From assembly GCA_040218735.1 (NCBI GenBank), contig JAVJQW010000049.1, positions 1 to 64,000 of the forward strand: a stretch of 64,000 nt of DNA. Reading direction: 5' to 3'. A model generated the notes under the pieces. The model ran no database searches. It saw only the letters and a program-made list of their open reading frames with translations, and was not told the origin of the DNA. Positions 19,846-29,752 of the stretch are shown in pieces. The stretch is from Deltaproteobacteria bacterium. Its GTDB lineage: Bacteria; Myxococcota; Kuafuiibacteriia; Kuafuiibacteriales; Kuafuiibacteriaceae. A program made the translations under genes and the position numbers. Position 1 is the stretch's first letter; the number at the start of each line of letters is the position of its first letter.

Positions 19846-20416
19846 AGCCGAGGTCCTCACCCAGCTTCGTGATCGCGTCGTCCGACGGGACCTCGATCAG
19901 GGCCGCGAGCTCTTCGCGGGCGCGCGCGAGGCGGCTGCGCACGGTCCCGGCCGACACCCCGGTGACCTCGGCGATCTCCTCCGTCGACAGGTCCTCCCAG
20001 TAGTACAGCTCCAACGTGATCTGTCGGTCGAGGCTGAGCCGCTGCATGGCCATCAGCAGCTGCGACCGTCGCTCGTTCGCGGTGAGCCAGCTCGACGGCC
20101 CCTGGCGGAGGTCGGCGACGGACAGCGTCGAGAAGTCGAAGTCCGGCGTGCGCGACTGTTTTCTGAAGTGCATCGCGAGCTGCTTGTGCGCGAGGCCGAA
20201 GAGGTACGCGCGCACGCTGCTGAACTCCGTCCGCGCGCGGGCCTGGCGAACACACGCGAGCAAGCTCTCTTGCGTGAGATCCGCCGCCTCGAGCGGGACC
20301 TTCGCGGCGAAGAACCGAAACAGCGACGCGAAGTACCGCTCGAAGAGGGCCTCACCGCTCGAGGCGTCGCCCTCGACCCAGGCGGCGAGCAGCGTCTCGT
20401 CGCTGGGCGACTCCAC
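19835..20416 (-). CDS. ECF sigma factor
   Basis: DETLLAAW..GEALFERY..DLTQE (region 2) and LELYYWEDLSTEEIAEV.GVSAGTVRSRLARAR (region 4). Start is GTG 20416 or further upstream. Confidence 0.92.
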   Translation of the reverse strand: MESPSDETLLAAWVEGDASSGEALFERYFASLFRFFAAKVPLEAADLTQESLLACVRQARARTEFSSVRAYLFGLAHKQLAMHFRKQSRTPDFDFSTLSVADLRQGPSSWLTANERRSQLLMAMQRLSLDRQITLELYYWEDLSTEEIAEVTGVSAGTVRSRLARAREELAALIEVPSDDAITKLGEDLGFTS

Positions 20417-20475
20417 GGGGTTCGTGATGCCAAAAGCCGGTGGGGCGAGCAACCGGTCAAAATAGTCGACAAAGC

Positions 20476-20514
20476 CGGGAGCGAAACTCGGAGCGCGGCA
20501 ACGAGATCGTCATG
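20476..20514 (+). promoter_or_regulatory. Putative ECF promoter copy 3
   Basis: CGGGAGCG 20476-20483, GCGGCAAC 20495-20502, ATG 20512. Confidence 0.72.
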
Positions 20515-23496
20515 CACCCCCAAAGATGCGCGCTGGTCTTGCTCGTCGCCTTCGCCTGCTCGGAAGATCAGGCTCCAGAGCCCGGGGGCCCGTGGGCGCG
20601 CATCGAGGTGCGGCCTTCGTCGCTCCTGCTGACCGAGGCCGGCGCATCGCAGCGGCTGGAGGTCGTCGCGTTCGACGCGGACGGGCGACCGACGTCCGCG
20701 CCGCCGGTGAAGTTCTCGGCGTCGTCGGAGGGGGTGTCGGTCGCGGCGGACGGGACGGTGGAGCGCCGATCCGCGGAGCCGGGGAGCGCGCAGATCTTCG
20801 TGGACGGGGAGGGCGTGTCGGCGACGGTCTTCGTCCTCCTCGCGAAGCCGGTGGCGGGGGCGAAGCTAGTCGACGACGACGCGGTGTTGTCCACGCCGAC
20901 GCCGGTGGAGGGGACACCGTTTCGGTACCGCGTCCGGCTCGCCGGTACGTTCGCACCGAACGACGTGGTGATCGCGTCGGGGTCGGCACCGGTCTCCGGT
21001 CGAGTGATCTCCACGGAGGGTGACCGCGTGGAGCTTGAGTACGTGGCGCCCGAAGCGCTGTTCGAGCGGGTGCGGATCGAGGAGACGTTCGACCTGACGC
21101 GCGCGTCGGTGGTGCTCCCGGAGGGCGCGAACTACGGCGTGCGGCGCGTCGGCGATCGTCTTCAGCTCGCGACTTCGGGTCAGGCGCTGCGCCCCGCGGA
21201 GGACGCGGAGCCGGCGCCGCCGTGCTCGGTGGGGGGCGAGGGGCAGCTTTCGTTCTCGTCGTTCGTGCCGGACTTCGACACGTCGCTGAGCGTGGATCTG
21301 AAGTACGACGACGAGACGTTGCAGCGGCTGGTCCTGATGGGGGACCTGAAGTCGAAGGTCGACGCGACGGTGGGGATCACGGGTGCGCTCGAGGCGAAGT
21401 TCGAGTGCAAGGCGCAGCTGTTCGTGATCCCGGTTCCGATCACGGGAGCGCTTCAGCCGATCCTCGGGGTTCAGGTTCCGCTGGGGGTGGGGCTCAGCGC
21501 GTCGGTGAAGGGGAGCGGCACGGCGGTGGGCGGCAAGCTGGCGGCGACGCCGACGGTGAGCGTGCAGCTGGGATTCGTTTGCACGCCGGACGGGGCGTGT
21601 GAGGGGGTGAACGACGGCGCGGCGGGTATCGGCGCGCCGAAGTTCGAGCCGGTGCTGCCGTCGGGGGTGCAGGTGGAGCTGGGGCTGTCGGCGTTCGGCT
21701 ACGCGGATCTGAGCCTGGGCAACGCGTACGCGGGGATCAAACTCGGGGGGCTCAAGGCGGGGCCGGTGCAGAGCTGGAACGTGCGTTCGGAGGCGGCTCA
21801 AATCGACGACCTGACGTACGCGTCTTCGTACGACTTCAAGCTGGCGTTGACGGCGGACGTGGGTCTGTCCCTGTCGGCGGGCCCGTTGTCGGTGGTGGTG
21901 GCGAAGGTGGAGCGGAAGATCGAGCATCCGCTCGCGCTGTCGCCGAAGGGGACGCTGACGACGGAGCTGGAGGACGCCGAGACGGTGCGGGGTCGGGTGA
22001 CGATCGATCCGACGACGCTCGCGTACCTCGGCGTGCCGAACGTGGACGCAGTGACGTTCTACCGGTACGTGGGCGGGGCGCTGGAGACACTCGCGACGGT
22101 CGACGCCGAGAGCCCGACACAGTCGACGTTCGAGGCGACGTGGCCGTTCGCGGTGGAGACCGACGCGGGCGGCGAGGTCTTCCACGCGTTCATCGAGACG
22201 CCGCTGCTCCCGCTCTTCGGGCTGGAGGCCCCGCGACCGCTCCCGAACCCGTGTGATCCCACCCCCGCGTCGGCGGTGGTGCGAACCCAGGAGGAGCTGG
22301 ACGCGCTCGCGGCGGTCAAGGTCTCCGGCTCGCTCACGATCGTGGACGGAGTGACCAACCTGTTCCCGCTGAATCAGCTCGAAACGACCTGCGGCAACCT
22401 CGTGATCCGAAGCGCGCCGGCGTTGATCAGCCTCGCGGGCCTCGAGGCGCTGAAGCAGGTGCAAGGTACCTTGCAGATCGAGGACGTCCCGGTCGACAGC
22501 CTAGCTCCGCTCGCCGCGCTGCAGTCGTCGCGGGGCCTGCACCTCGACCTCCCCGAGCTGACGTCGCTCGCCGGGCTCGAGAACCTCGCCGTGGCGAACG
22601 GCTCGTTGGTGACGTTGCTCCTGCCCAGCGTGCAGAGCCTCGCGCCGCTCGCGAAGATCGGCCCCGAGCTCGCGCGTCTGGAGGTCGAAGTGGACGTCGA
22701 CGACCTCGACGATATCGCGCACCTCACGCAGGTCCAACAGCTCTACCTGGGCGGGCGCGTCGCCGACCTCTCGAAGCTGCTCGTGATCGAGCGCGTCGAA
22801 CAGCTGCAGCTCCGCGCGCCCGACGTGATCAACGTCGACGCGCTCGCGCAGGTCGGAGGCCTGTGGCTGCTCGTCCTGGCGACGCCGTCGGAGGTGGTCT
22901 CGCTCCCCGAGATCCCGGGGCTCTTGGATCTCGGCGTTTGGGACGGACCGCAGATCGTGTCGATGGCCCGCGCGCCGACGCAGCAGCTCTTCGTGTCCTC
23001 GGAGACGCTCGACACCCTCGTGCTCGGTGGCTTGTTGTCGACCGACACGGTCCGGGTCACGGCCGAGCGCCTCGAGATCCTCGACCTCACCGGCCTCGTG
23101 ACTTCATCGGAGGGGGTCGGCGTCGCGAACAACGCGGCGCTCGAGGAGATCGCCGCGTCGTCGCTGCAGACGGCCGGCGAGATCTACGTCGCCGACAACC
23201 CGGCGCTCACCATCGCTCGATTCGGTGGCCTCACGTCGGTCGTGGCGTCGACGAACGGAGCCGGCGTCGGCGTTCAGCGCAACGATGCTCTGACGTCGGT
23301 CCAACTCGGCGCGCTGACCACGATCGCCGGCGACCTCACGATCCAGCGCAACCCCGCGCTCACGAACCTCGACCTGTCGAGCCTCCAGAGCGTCAGCGGC
23401 AACATCGACATCCGCGACAACCCGATGCTCGACATCGACGCGGTGCGGAAGATGCTCGAGGGCGTCGAGGCTGAGCGCGTCGTCATCGCTCCGTAG
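20512..23496 (+). CDS. Large lipoprotein with Ig-like, beta-rich and C-terminal receptor-L/LRR-like solenoid regions
   Basis: Lipobox AFAC; repeated L..L..V.G.L.I..NP.L motifs in the C-terminal third. Confidence 0.8.
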   Translation: MHPQRCALVLLVAFACSEDQAPEPGGPWARIEVRPSSLLLTEAGASQRLEVVAFDADGRPTSAPPVKFSASSEGVSVAADGTVERRSAEPGSAQIFVDGEGVSATVFVLLAKPVAGAKLVDDDAVLSTPTPVEGTPFRYRVRLAGTFAPNDVVIASGSAPVSGRVISTEGDRVELEYVAPEALFERVRIEETFDLTRASVVLPEGANYGVRRVGDRLQLATSGQALRPAEDAEPAPPCSVGGEGQLSFSSFVPDFDTSLSVDLKYDDETLQRLVLMGDLKSKVDATVGITGALEAKFECKAQLFVIPVPITGALQPILGVQVPLGVGLSASVKGSGTAVGGKLAATPTVSVQLGFVCTPDGACEGVNDGAAGIGAPKFEPVLPSGVQVELGLSAFGYADLSLGNAYAGIKLGGLKAGPVQSWNVRSEAAQIDDLTYASSYDFKLALTADVGLSLSAGPLSVVVAKVERKIEHPLALSPKGTLTTELEDAETVRGRVTIDPTTLAYLGVPNVDAVTFYRYVGGALETLATVDAESPTQSTFEATWPFAVETDAGGEVFHAFIETPLLPLFGLEAPRPLPNPCDPTPASAVVRTQEELDALAAVKVSGSLTIVDGVTNLFPLNQLETTCGNLVIRSAPALISLAGLEALKQVQGTLQIEDVPVDSLAPLAALQSSRGLHLDLPELTSLAGLENLAVANGSLVTLLLPSVQSLAPLAKIGPELARLEVEVDVDDLDDIAHLTQVQQLYLGGRVADLSKLLVIERVEQLQLRAPDVINVDALAQVGGLWLLVLATPSEVVSLPEIPGLLDLGVWDGPQIVSMARAPTQQLFVSSETLDTLVLGGLLSTDTVRVTAERLEILDLTGLVTSSEGVGVANNAALEEIAASSLQTAGEIYVADNPALTIARFGGLTSVVASTNGAGVGVQRNDALTSVQLGALTTIAGDLTIQRNPALTNLDLSSLQSVSGNIDIRDNPMLDIDAVRKMLEGVEAERVVIAP

Positions 23497-24829
23497 CCTG
23501 GCGGACCAGCTCGAGCAGCCGCTTCGGGGTCCCCGTCACGCCGTTACCGCCCGCCGCCGCCACGGTCGGCGTCATCACCGGCACCAGGCGCTCGGACGTG
23601 TAGATGTACACCGGCGTGTCGGCGCCTTCCGCGCGCACCGCGCGGATGACCGCGAGGCCGCCGTTGAGGTCGTAGCCGGCTTCGTCGAGGCGCTCCATGT
23701 CCGAGAGCACCGCGACGTACGCGGACAAGGGCCCGGCGCGGCGCGCTTCCTCCAGGGACACCGCCGTCACGACCCGGAGGCCCATCGCGTGCATCGCCGC
23801 GATCTCCTTCTTGTTGTAGCGCGGGTTGTCGTCGATCCACAGCACGGCCGGCGCCTCCGCGGAGAACGGATCGTCGGGGACACCTTCGTACAGGGGGTCG
23901 TCGCGCAGCACGGACGCCACAGCGAGGGCGAGGATGGCGGCCACCAGCGCGAGCGGCATCCACCGGCGACGGGGCTCGGGCGGGGACAGGGCCTCGATCA
24001 GCGGGGTGAGGTCGGCGGCGCGTGACTCGACGTCGGTCTTCAGGCTCTCGCGTAGCGGCTTGGCGAGCCGCGGCGGGATGTCCGCGAGGGCACCTTCGTA
24101 GAACGACCCGGTGAGCGCGAGGTGCAGCGACTGGGCGAAGGCGTACACGTCCGCGCGGCGATCGGTCTGCGCGCCCGCGAGCTGCTCGGGCGCCGCGAAG
24201 CGCGGTGTGCCGGCGCGCTGCGGATCGTCGCGCAGGGGGAGGTCGGCGAGGCCGAAGTCGGCGATGCGCACCCGCCCTTCCGTCCCCACGATCACGTTCG
24301 AGGGTTTGAAGTCCCGGTGGACGATTCCGCCCGCGTGCACGGCGGCGAGCCCCTCGGCCGCCTGCAGGAACGCGGAGCAGATCTCGTCTGCGGACCGCGC
24401 GCCCGCGCCGAGCCACGCGTCGAGCGTCTCCCCTTCGACGTACTCCATCGCGATGAAGAGCTGCCCCGCGTGCGTGCCGAGGTCGTAGACCTGCACGACG
24501 TTCGGGTGACTGAGCTGCGCGGTGAATCGTGCTTCCGCGCGGGTGCGCTCCGAGTCGGCGTCACCGAGCAACGGGTGCACGATCTTCAGCGCGACGGTGC
24601 GTTCGAGCTCCGGGTCCGTGGCGAGGAACACGACGCCCATCCCGCCGCTGCCGATCGCCCGCACGAGCTCGTAGCGTCCGACGCGAACGGCGGGCTCTTC
24701 GGACCCGAACAACGCACGCCGCGTCGCCCGACGCGCGACGCGGCTCACGAGCTCGAACGCGACGCCGCCCGGCGCCGCCACGCGAAGGTCCTCGGAAGCG
24801 GCGCCCGGACCGATGGCCGCCTGGTTCAC
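23483..24829 (-). CDS. Hanks-type Ser/Thr kinase with hydrophobic segment and C-terminal receiver domain
   Basis: GSGGMGVV, VALK, HRDFKPSN, DFG and GTPRFAAPE motifs; then VLWIDDNP..LSDM..IYTS. Confidence 0.92.
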   Translation of the reverse strand: MNQAAIGPGAASEDLRVAAPGGVAFELVSRVARRATRRALFGSEEPAVRVGRYELVRAIGSGGMGVVFLATDPELERTVALKIVHPLLGDADSERTRAEARFTAQLSHPNVVQVYDLGTHAGQLFIAMEYVEGETLDAWLGAGARSADEICSAFLQAAEGLAAVHAGGIVHRDFKPSNVIVGTEGRVRIADFGLADLPLRDDPQRAGTPRFAAPEQLAGAQTDRRADVYAFAQSLHLALTGSFYEGALADIPPRLAKPLRESLKTDVESRAADLTPLIEALSPPEPRRRWMPLALVAAILALAVASVLRDDPLYEGVPDDPFSAEAPAVLWIDDNPRYNKKEIAAMHAMGLRVVTAVSLEEARRAGPLSAYVAVLSDMERLDEAGYDLNGGLAVIRAVRAEGADTPVYIYTSERLVPVMTPTVAAAGGNGVTGTPKRLLELVRQATER

Positions 24830-24912
24830 GGCGCGAGTCTAGCCGGCACCGTGCCCAACAAAACAATGTTCCGCTTTCGGCCGGCTGCCCTTCACCGAGC
24901 AGACGAGCGCGG

Positions 24913-25728
24913 CTACGGACGCCCGCCCGGGCGGCGATCTCCATCCTCGTCCACCCAGCGCATCCCGCGCGGTGCGTAGTTGCTGCGTGTCCCCGTCACG
25001 CGGAACCCGGCGCGCAGCATGTTCTTGAAGGAGTGGTTGGGATCGCCGTCGGCGGCCTCGCCGGTCTCGGTGAAGACCTTTCGGCAGCCGAGGTCCTGCG
25101 CGACGCGGAGGCGTTCGGCCATCAGGGCGGCCTGCGCGCCCCGCTTCCGCGCGTCGGGGAGGGTGGCGGCGAAGGGGAGGTAACCCGCGTCGCCGTCCAC
25201 GAACAGCCCGGCGGCGGCGACGACCTTCGGACCGTCCGTCGCGACGAAGGTGTACCAACGCGGTCGCCCGATCAGCGTCGTCATCGCCGATGCCCCGACC
25301 GTGCCGAAGTCGAACCCCGCAGCCAGGATCGCGCCGAACGCCGCACCGTCCGCGGGGGTTGCAGCGCGGATGGCGAGCGACGTCGCCGCGTCGCGCACCG
25401 GGGCGCGGTCGCGGCCGAGCTTCAGCCACGCGCGGGGGTAGGGGACGACGTCGCGGGCCTCGAGCCGAGTGCCGACCGACGCTGCCGCCTCGGGCCACAG
25501 GTGAACGAAGAAGCGGTGCACCCCGGCCGACGCGAAGCAGTCCAGGACACGCGACGTCTGTGCAACGGACACCTCGTCCAGCCCGAACGCCCGGTTGAAG
25601 AGGATGCCGGGCTCGCCGGGGGTGTACAGCACGGCGGCGCCCGAGAAGCGCTCGAGCTCGACCGCCTCGGCGGCCTCCGCGAGGTCGGCCCAGGCCGCGA
25701 CTTCGACGTGTTCTTCGATCTTCATCAC
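24913..25728 (-). CDS. GNAT-family acetyltransferase
   Basis: ATLPDARKRGAQAAL acetyl-CoA motif; NHSFKNMLRAGF. Confidence 0.85.
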   Translation of the reverse strand: MMKIEEHVEVAAWADLAEAAEAVELERFSGAAVLYTPGEPGILFNRAFGLDEVSVAQTSRVLDCFASAGVHRFFVHLWPEAAASVGTRLEARDVVPYPRAWLKLGRDRAPVRDAATSLAIRAATPADGAAFGAILAAGFDFGTVGASAMTTLIGRPRWYTFVATDGPKVVAAAGLFVDGDAGYLPFAATLPDARKRGAQAALMAERLRVAQDLGCRKVFTETGEAADGDPNHSFKNMLRAGFRVTGTRSNYAPRGMRWVDEDGDRRPGGRP

Positions 25729-25786
25729 ACTTTGGGGCGTTCACTTTCGTGGAACGATGTTCCGCGCGCTGTCACGCCCCTCGGGC

Positions 25787-26533
25787 ATGAACTCACTCAC
25801 GCTCACTGACCTCGTCGACATCGGCGTCTTCGGCGGCTTCGCCGCGTTCGCCGTCTTGGACTTCCTCCGCCCCGCCCGCGTCTTCCCGAAGGTGCGGTTC
25901 TGGCGGCTCCGCGGGATCGCGTTCTTCGCGACCTACCTGGTGCTCTCCTCGCTCCTGCCGTTCGTCTGGGACGGCTGGCTGGGTCAGCACCGCCTGATCG
26001 ACGCGACCGGGCTCGGGACGTTCGGCGGCGCGGCCGTCGGCTTCGTCGCCTACCAGATCGTCGCGTACGGCTGGCACCGGCTCATGCATCGCTCCAACCT
26101 CCTCTTTCGGTGGGTGCACCAGATGCACCACAGCGCCGAGCGCATCGATATCTGGAGCGCGATGATCTTCAGCCCGACCGGGATGGCGGCGTGGACGTTC
26201 GTCGGGAGCTTCGCGCTGGTGCTCGTGGTCGGCGTGACCCCGGAGGCCGCGTTGCTCGTGGCCCTGTCGGCCACGCTCCTCGCGTTCCTGCAGCACTCCA
26301 ACCTGAAGACGCCGCGCTGGCTGGGGTACTTCGTCGTTCGCCCCGAGTCGCACCTGCTCCACCACAAGCGCGGGGTGCACGCGTTCAACTACTCGGACCT
26401 CCCGGTGATCGACATGATCTTCGGGACGTACCGAAACCCGCACGACGTCGAGGGGCCGGCGGGATACTACGACGGGGCGTCGGACCGCATCCTCGCGATG
26501 ACGCTGGGACGCGACGTCACGCGACCCGCGTGA
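25787..26533 (+). CDS. Sterol desaturase / fatty acid hydroxylase family protein
   Basis: His boxes HRLMH, HQMHH, QHSN and HLLHH. Confidence 0.9.
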   Translation: MNSLTLTDLVDIGVFGGFAAFAVLDFLRPARVFPKVRFWRLRGIAFFATYLVLSSLLPFVWDGWLGQHRLIDATGLGTFGGAAVGFVAYQIVAYGWHRLMHRSNLLFRWVHQMHHSAERIDIWSAMIFSPTGMAAWTFVGSFALVLVVGVTPEAALLVALSATLLAFLQHSNLKTPRWLGYFVVRPESHLLHHKRGVHAFNYSDLPVIDMIFGTYRNPHDVEGPAGYYDGASDRILAMTLGRDVTRPA

Positions 26534-26551
26534 TGTGCGATTCTCCCGATC

Positions 26552-29500
26552 GTGCGCGAGCTTCTCGTAGGACGCGGCGGCGATCTGTCGCGGCTGGGGA
26601 TCGGTCTCGACGAGGCCGCCGCCGGTCGCGGCAGCGTCTGGCTCGTGACCGGCGAGGCGGGCATCGGCAAGACCCGCCTCGCCGAAGCGCTCGCGGATCG
26701 CGCCGCCGCGCGCGACGTCGGCTGTCACTGGGGGCGGTGTTGGGAGGGCGGCGGCGCGCCGTCGTACTGGCCCTGGATTCAGATCCTGCGCGGTGTCCTG
26801 CGTCGGCACCCGGGCCTCGCGGACGCCGCGGACGGCATCGCGAGCGAGGCCGCGCGTGCGTCCCTCGCGGCGCTCGTACCCGAGCTCCTCCCGACGACCG
26901 GCGACACACCGAAGCTCGACCCCGAGCGCGAACGGTTCCGCTTGTTCGAGGCGGTGTTCGGGGTGCTCGTCGATGCGGCGTCGACCGAGCCGCAGGTGGT
27001 GCTCCTCGAAGATCTGCACGCCGCCGACACGTCTTCGGTTCAGCTGCTCGACTTCGTCGCGCGACAGGTCGACGGCGTTCCGCTGCTCGTGCTCGCGACC
27101 TACCGCGATCAGGACGCCGAACGTACGGCGGTGGGGGCGATGCTCGCCAAGGTCGCGCGCATCGCGCACCAGACGCCGCTGGCGCGCCTCCAAGAAGCCG
27201 ACGTCGCCGAGCTCCTCGCCGGGCGCGACCCCACGATCACGCGCCGCGTGTACGAGGCCTCGGAGGGCAACCCGCTCTTCGTGGTCGAGGTCGCGCGGCT
27301 CCTCGAACGCCATCAGACCTCGACGGTGCCGCTGAGCGAAGGCATCCGCACCGTTATCCGCGAGCACCTCGCGACCGTCGACGCCGACACGTTCGCGCTG
27401 TTGCAGGCGGCGAGTGTGTTGGGCCGGGAGGTGCGCGTCACGCACCTCGCGGAGCTGGTGTCTCGCCCGGCGCAGGACGTCGCCGTCGCGCTCGCGTCGG
27501 CTTCGGAGGCGGGGATCCTCGAGACGATCGGTCCGGACTGCCTGCGGTTCGCGCACTTCCTGTTGCGCGAGGTTCTCCACGCCGACCTCCCGACCCAGGT
27601 TCGGGTCGACCTCCACCTGCGCGCCGCGGAGCGCCTCGAGGCCGGGACGGACCCGGGCCGATGGTCGCAGCTCCTCGTGCACTACATCGACGCGGGCCCG
27701 GTCGCCCACGCCCGTGCGCTGGAGGCGGCGACGAACGCCGCCGAGCATGCGATGGCGCAGCTCGGGTTCGGCGATGCGGCGGAGTACTACGCGAAGGCGG
27801 TCTCGCTGATCGACGGCGACTCCGTGGAGGCGCGCGTGCGGCGTGCGGAGCTGCTCCTGCGTCGTGGCAGCGCGCAGCTGATCTCGGGCGACCTCGAAGA
27901 AGGCAAGGCAGCTTGCCTGTCGGCGGCGGCGTTGGCGCGCGAGCTGGAGCGTCCCGAGCTCCTCGCTCGCGCCGCGTTGGAGCTGGGCGGGATCTTCGTC
28001 ATCGCCAACGTCGATGCGACATTGGTTCGGCTGCTCGAAGAAGCGCTCGAGATGTTGCCCGACGCGCCGAGCGCGCTCCGGGCGCAGGTGATGGCGCGTT
28101 ACGCGGCGGCGATTCAGCCCGCCCCCGACATCGACGAGCCGATCGCCATCGCGCGCGCGGCGATCGACATGGCCCGAGGTTTCGATGACGCGCGCGCGCT
28201 CCTGCTCACGATGCGCTCCGGCGTCTCGGCGATGATGGACCTCGCGGATCCGCGGATGCGGCGACCGTTCAACGAGGAGTACATCCGACTCGCGAAGGAC
28301 CTCCGCACGGAGACGGAGGTGCTGCGCGGACACCTCCGACTGGCGATGGACAGCATCGAGCTGGGTGACGCCGCCGCGCTGCGCGCGTCGGTGCGCGCTG
28401 CGGAGCTGGTCGCCGTGGCGCTCGACCACCCGTTCTACGCGTGGCGCTCCGCCGCGCTGTGCGGCGCCGAAGCGGCGTGTTCGGGGCGCTTCGACGAAGC
28501 GGTTCGACACCGCGACCGCGCAGAGGCCTTGGCCACGGCGGCGAACGACCCGTCGGCGAGTACGACGCTCGCGATGCACCGAGTGGGCGTCGAGCTGTTG
28601 CGCGAGGACGACGAACGCCTCCGCGCGGCGTTGCCGAAGCTGCTCGAACGCGTCGGTACGTCCTCGCTCGATCCGGCGTTCCTGACGATCACGGTCGCGG
28701 GTTCGCTGTCGAGGATCGAGGCCGTCGACGATCCGCTCTCGCGTCCCACGTGGCGCGACGTTCGGGCGGCGCTCGGCTTTCGCGACGCGTCGATGTTGAC
28801 GATGCTCGCCGACGTCGCGTTCGCACACCGGGACGTCGAGCTCGCGCGGGTGGTCGCGCCGTTGGTCGAGGCGGCGCCGCAGGTGCTCGTGAGCTGGGGG
28901 CTCCTCGGCGTGTGCTGTGACGGCCCCGTTGCGCGCGCTCGTGGGTTGGTGGCGGCGACGCTCGGGGCGCAGGCTGCGGCGGTCGAAGCGTTGGAGGAAG
29001 CGGAGCGCGTCGCCACGGAAGCGGGGCTCGAGTCGAGCCGCGCGCGCATCATCTACGAGCTCGCGATCATCACGGGCCAAGCCGAGCACGCGCAGCGCGC
29101 ACGTGCCCTCGCGGCGACACTCGGCATGGTCGGGCTGATCGAGCGCATCGACGGTCGTGACTTCGGCGTCGTGCCGACGACGTCTTCGAGACCTCAGCTC
29201 GTCATGGAGCGGGAGGGGGACGTCTGGTTGGTTCGCACGGCGGCTTCCTCGTTCCGCCTCAAGGGCACGAAGGGCGTCGACTTGCTCGCACGCCTGGTCG
29301 CCGACCCCGGGCGCGAGCACCACGTCCTGGACCTCGTCACCGACGGCAAGCGCAGCGAAGTGGACGCCGCGGACGCGGGACCCGGCCTCGACGATCGCGC
29401 GCGAGCGCAGTACCGCGAGCGCCTCGCTGCGATACAAGCCGAGCTGGACGAAGCCGAGACCTGGGCGGACGTCGGTCGCGCAGAGCGTCTTCGCTCGGAG

Positions 29501-29710
29501 CAGGAGGCGCTCACCGCGCAGCTGTCCGCCGCGTTCGGACTGTCGGGTCGCGCGCGCCCCACCGGAGGCGCCGCCGAGCGCGCGCGGGTCAACGTGCAGC
29601 GACGCATCAAGGACGCCATCCGTCGCATCGGACGCCACGACGCCGACACCGCGAAGTTCCTCGAACGCGCGGTCGTCACCGGGATGTACTGCAAGTTCGA
29701 CCCCGCGTGA
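26552..29710 (+). CDS. STAND-type AAA ATPase regulator with TPR-like region
   Basis: GEAGIGKT, LLEDLHAAD and GNPLF motifs; C-terminal ERARVNVQRRIKDAI..TGMYC. Confidence 0.88.
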   Translation: MRELLVGRGGDLSRLGIGLDEAAAGRGSVWLVTGEAGIGKTRLAEALADRAAARDVGCHWGRCWEGGGAPSYWPWIQILRGVLRRHPGLADAADGIASEAARASLAALVPELLPTTGDTPKLDPERERFRLFEAVFGVLVDAASTEPQVVLLEDLHAADTSSVQLLDFVARQVDGVPLLVLATYRDQDAERTAVGAMLAKVARIAHQTPLARLQEADVAELLAGRDPTITRRVYEASEGNPLFVVEVARLLERHQTSTVPLSEGIRTVIREHLATVDADTFALLQAASVLGREVRVTHLAELVSRPAQDVAVALASASEAGILETIGPDCLRFAHFLLREVLHADLPTQVRVDLHLRAAERLEAGTDPGRWSQLLVHYIDAGPVAHARALEAATNAAEHAMAQLGFGDAAEYYAKAVSLIDGDSVEARVRRAELLLRRGSAQLISGDLEEGKAACLSAAALARELERPELLARAALELGGIFVIANVDATLVRLLEEALEMLPDAPSALRAQVMARYAAAIQPAPDIDEPIAIARAAIDMARGFDDARALLLTMRSGVSAMMDLADPRMRRPFNEEYIRLAKDLRTETEVLRGHLRLAMDSIELGDAAALRASVRAAELVAVALDHPFYAWRSAALCGAEAACSGRFDEAVRHRDRAEALATAANDPSASTTLAMHRVGVELLREDDERLRAALPKLLERVGTSSLDPAFLTITVAGSLSRIEAVDDPLSRPTWRDVRAALGFRDASMLTMLADVAFAHRDVELARVVAPLVEAAPQVLVSWGLLGVCCDGPVARARGLVAATLGAQAAAVEALEEAERVATEAGLESSRARIIYELAIITGQAEHAQRARALAATLGMVGLIERIDGRDFGVVPTTSSRPQLVMEREGDVWLVRTAASSFRLKGTKGVDLLARLVADPGREHHVLDLVTDGKRSEVDAADAGPGLDDRARAQYRERLAAIQAELDEAETWADVGRAERLRSEQEALTAQLSAAFGLSGRARPTGGAAERARVNVQRRIKDAIRRIGRHDADTAKFLERAVVTGMYCKFDPA

Positions 29711-29752
29711 CCCCACGTTGACTTTCTCGAAGCGCAGGAATCTGCTGATGTC

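Noticed and set aside
25793-29716. 1307-aa minus-strand ORF (also 40070-42481, 15273-17747 and the 5' part of 58843-61623)
   Set aside because: Antisense shadows of real high-GC genes, with Arg-rich nonsense composition.
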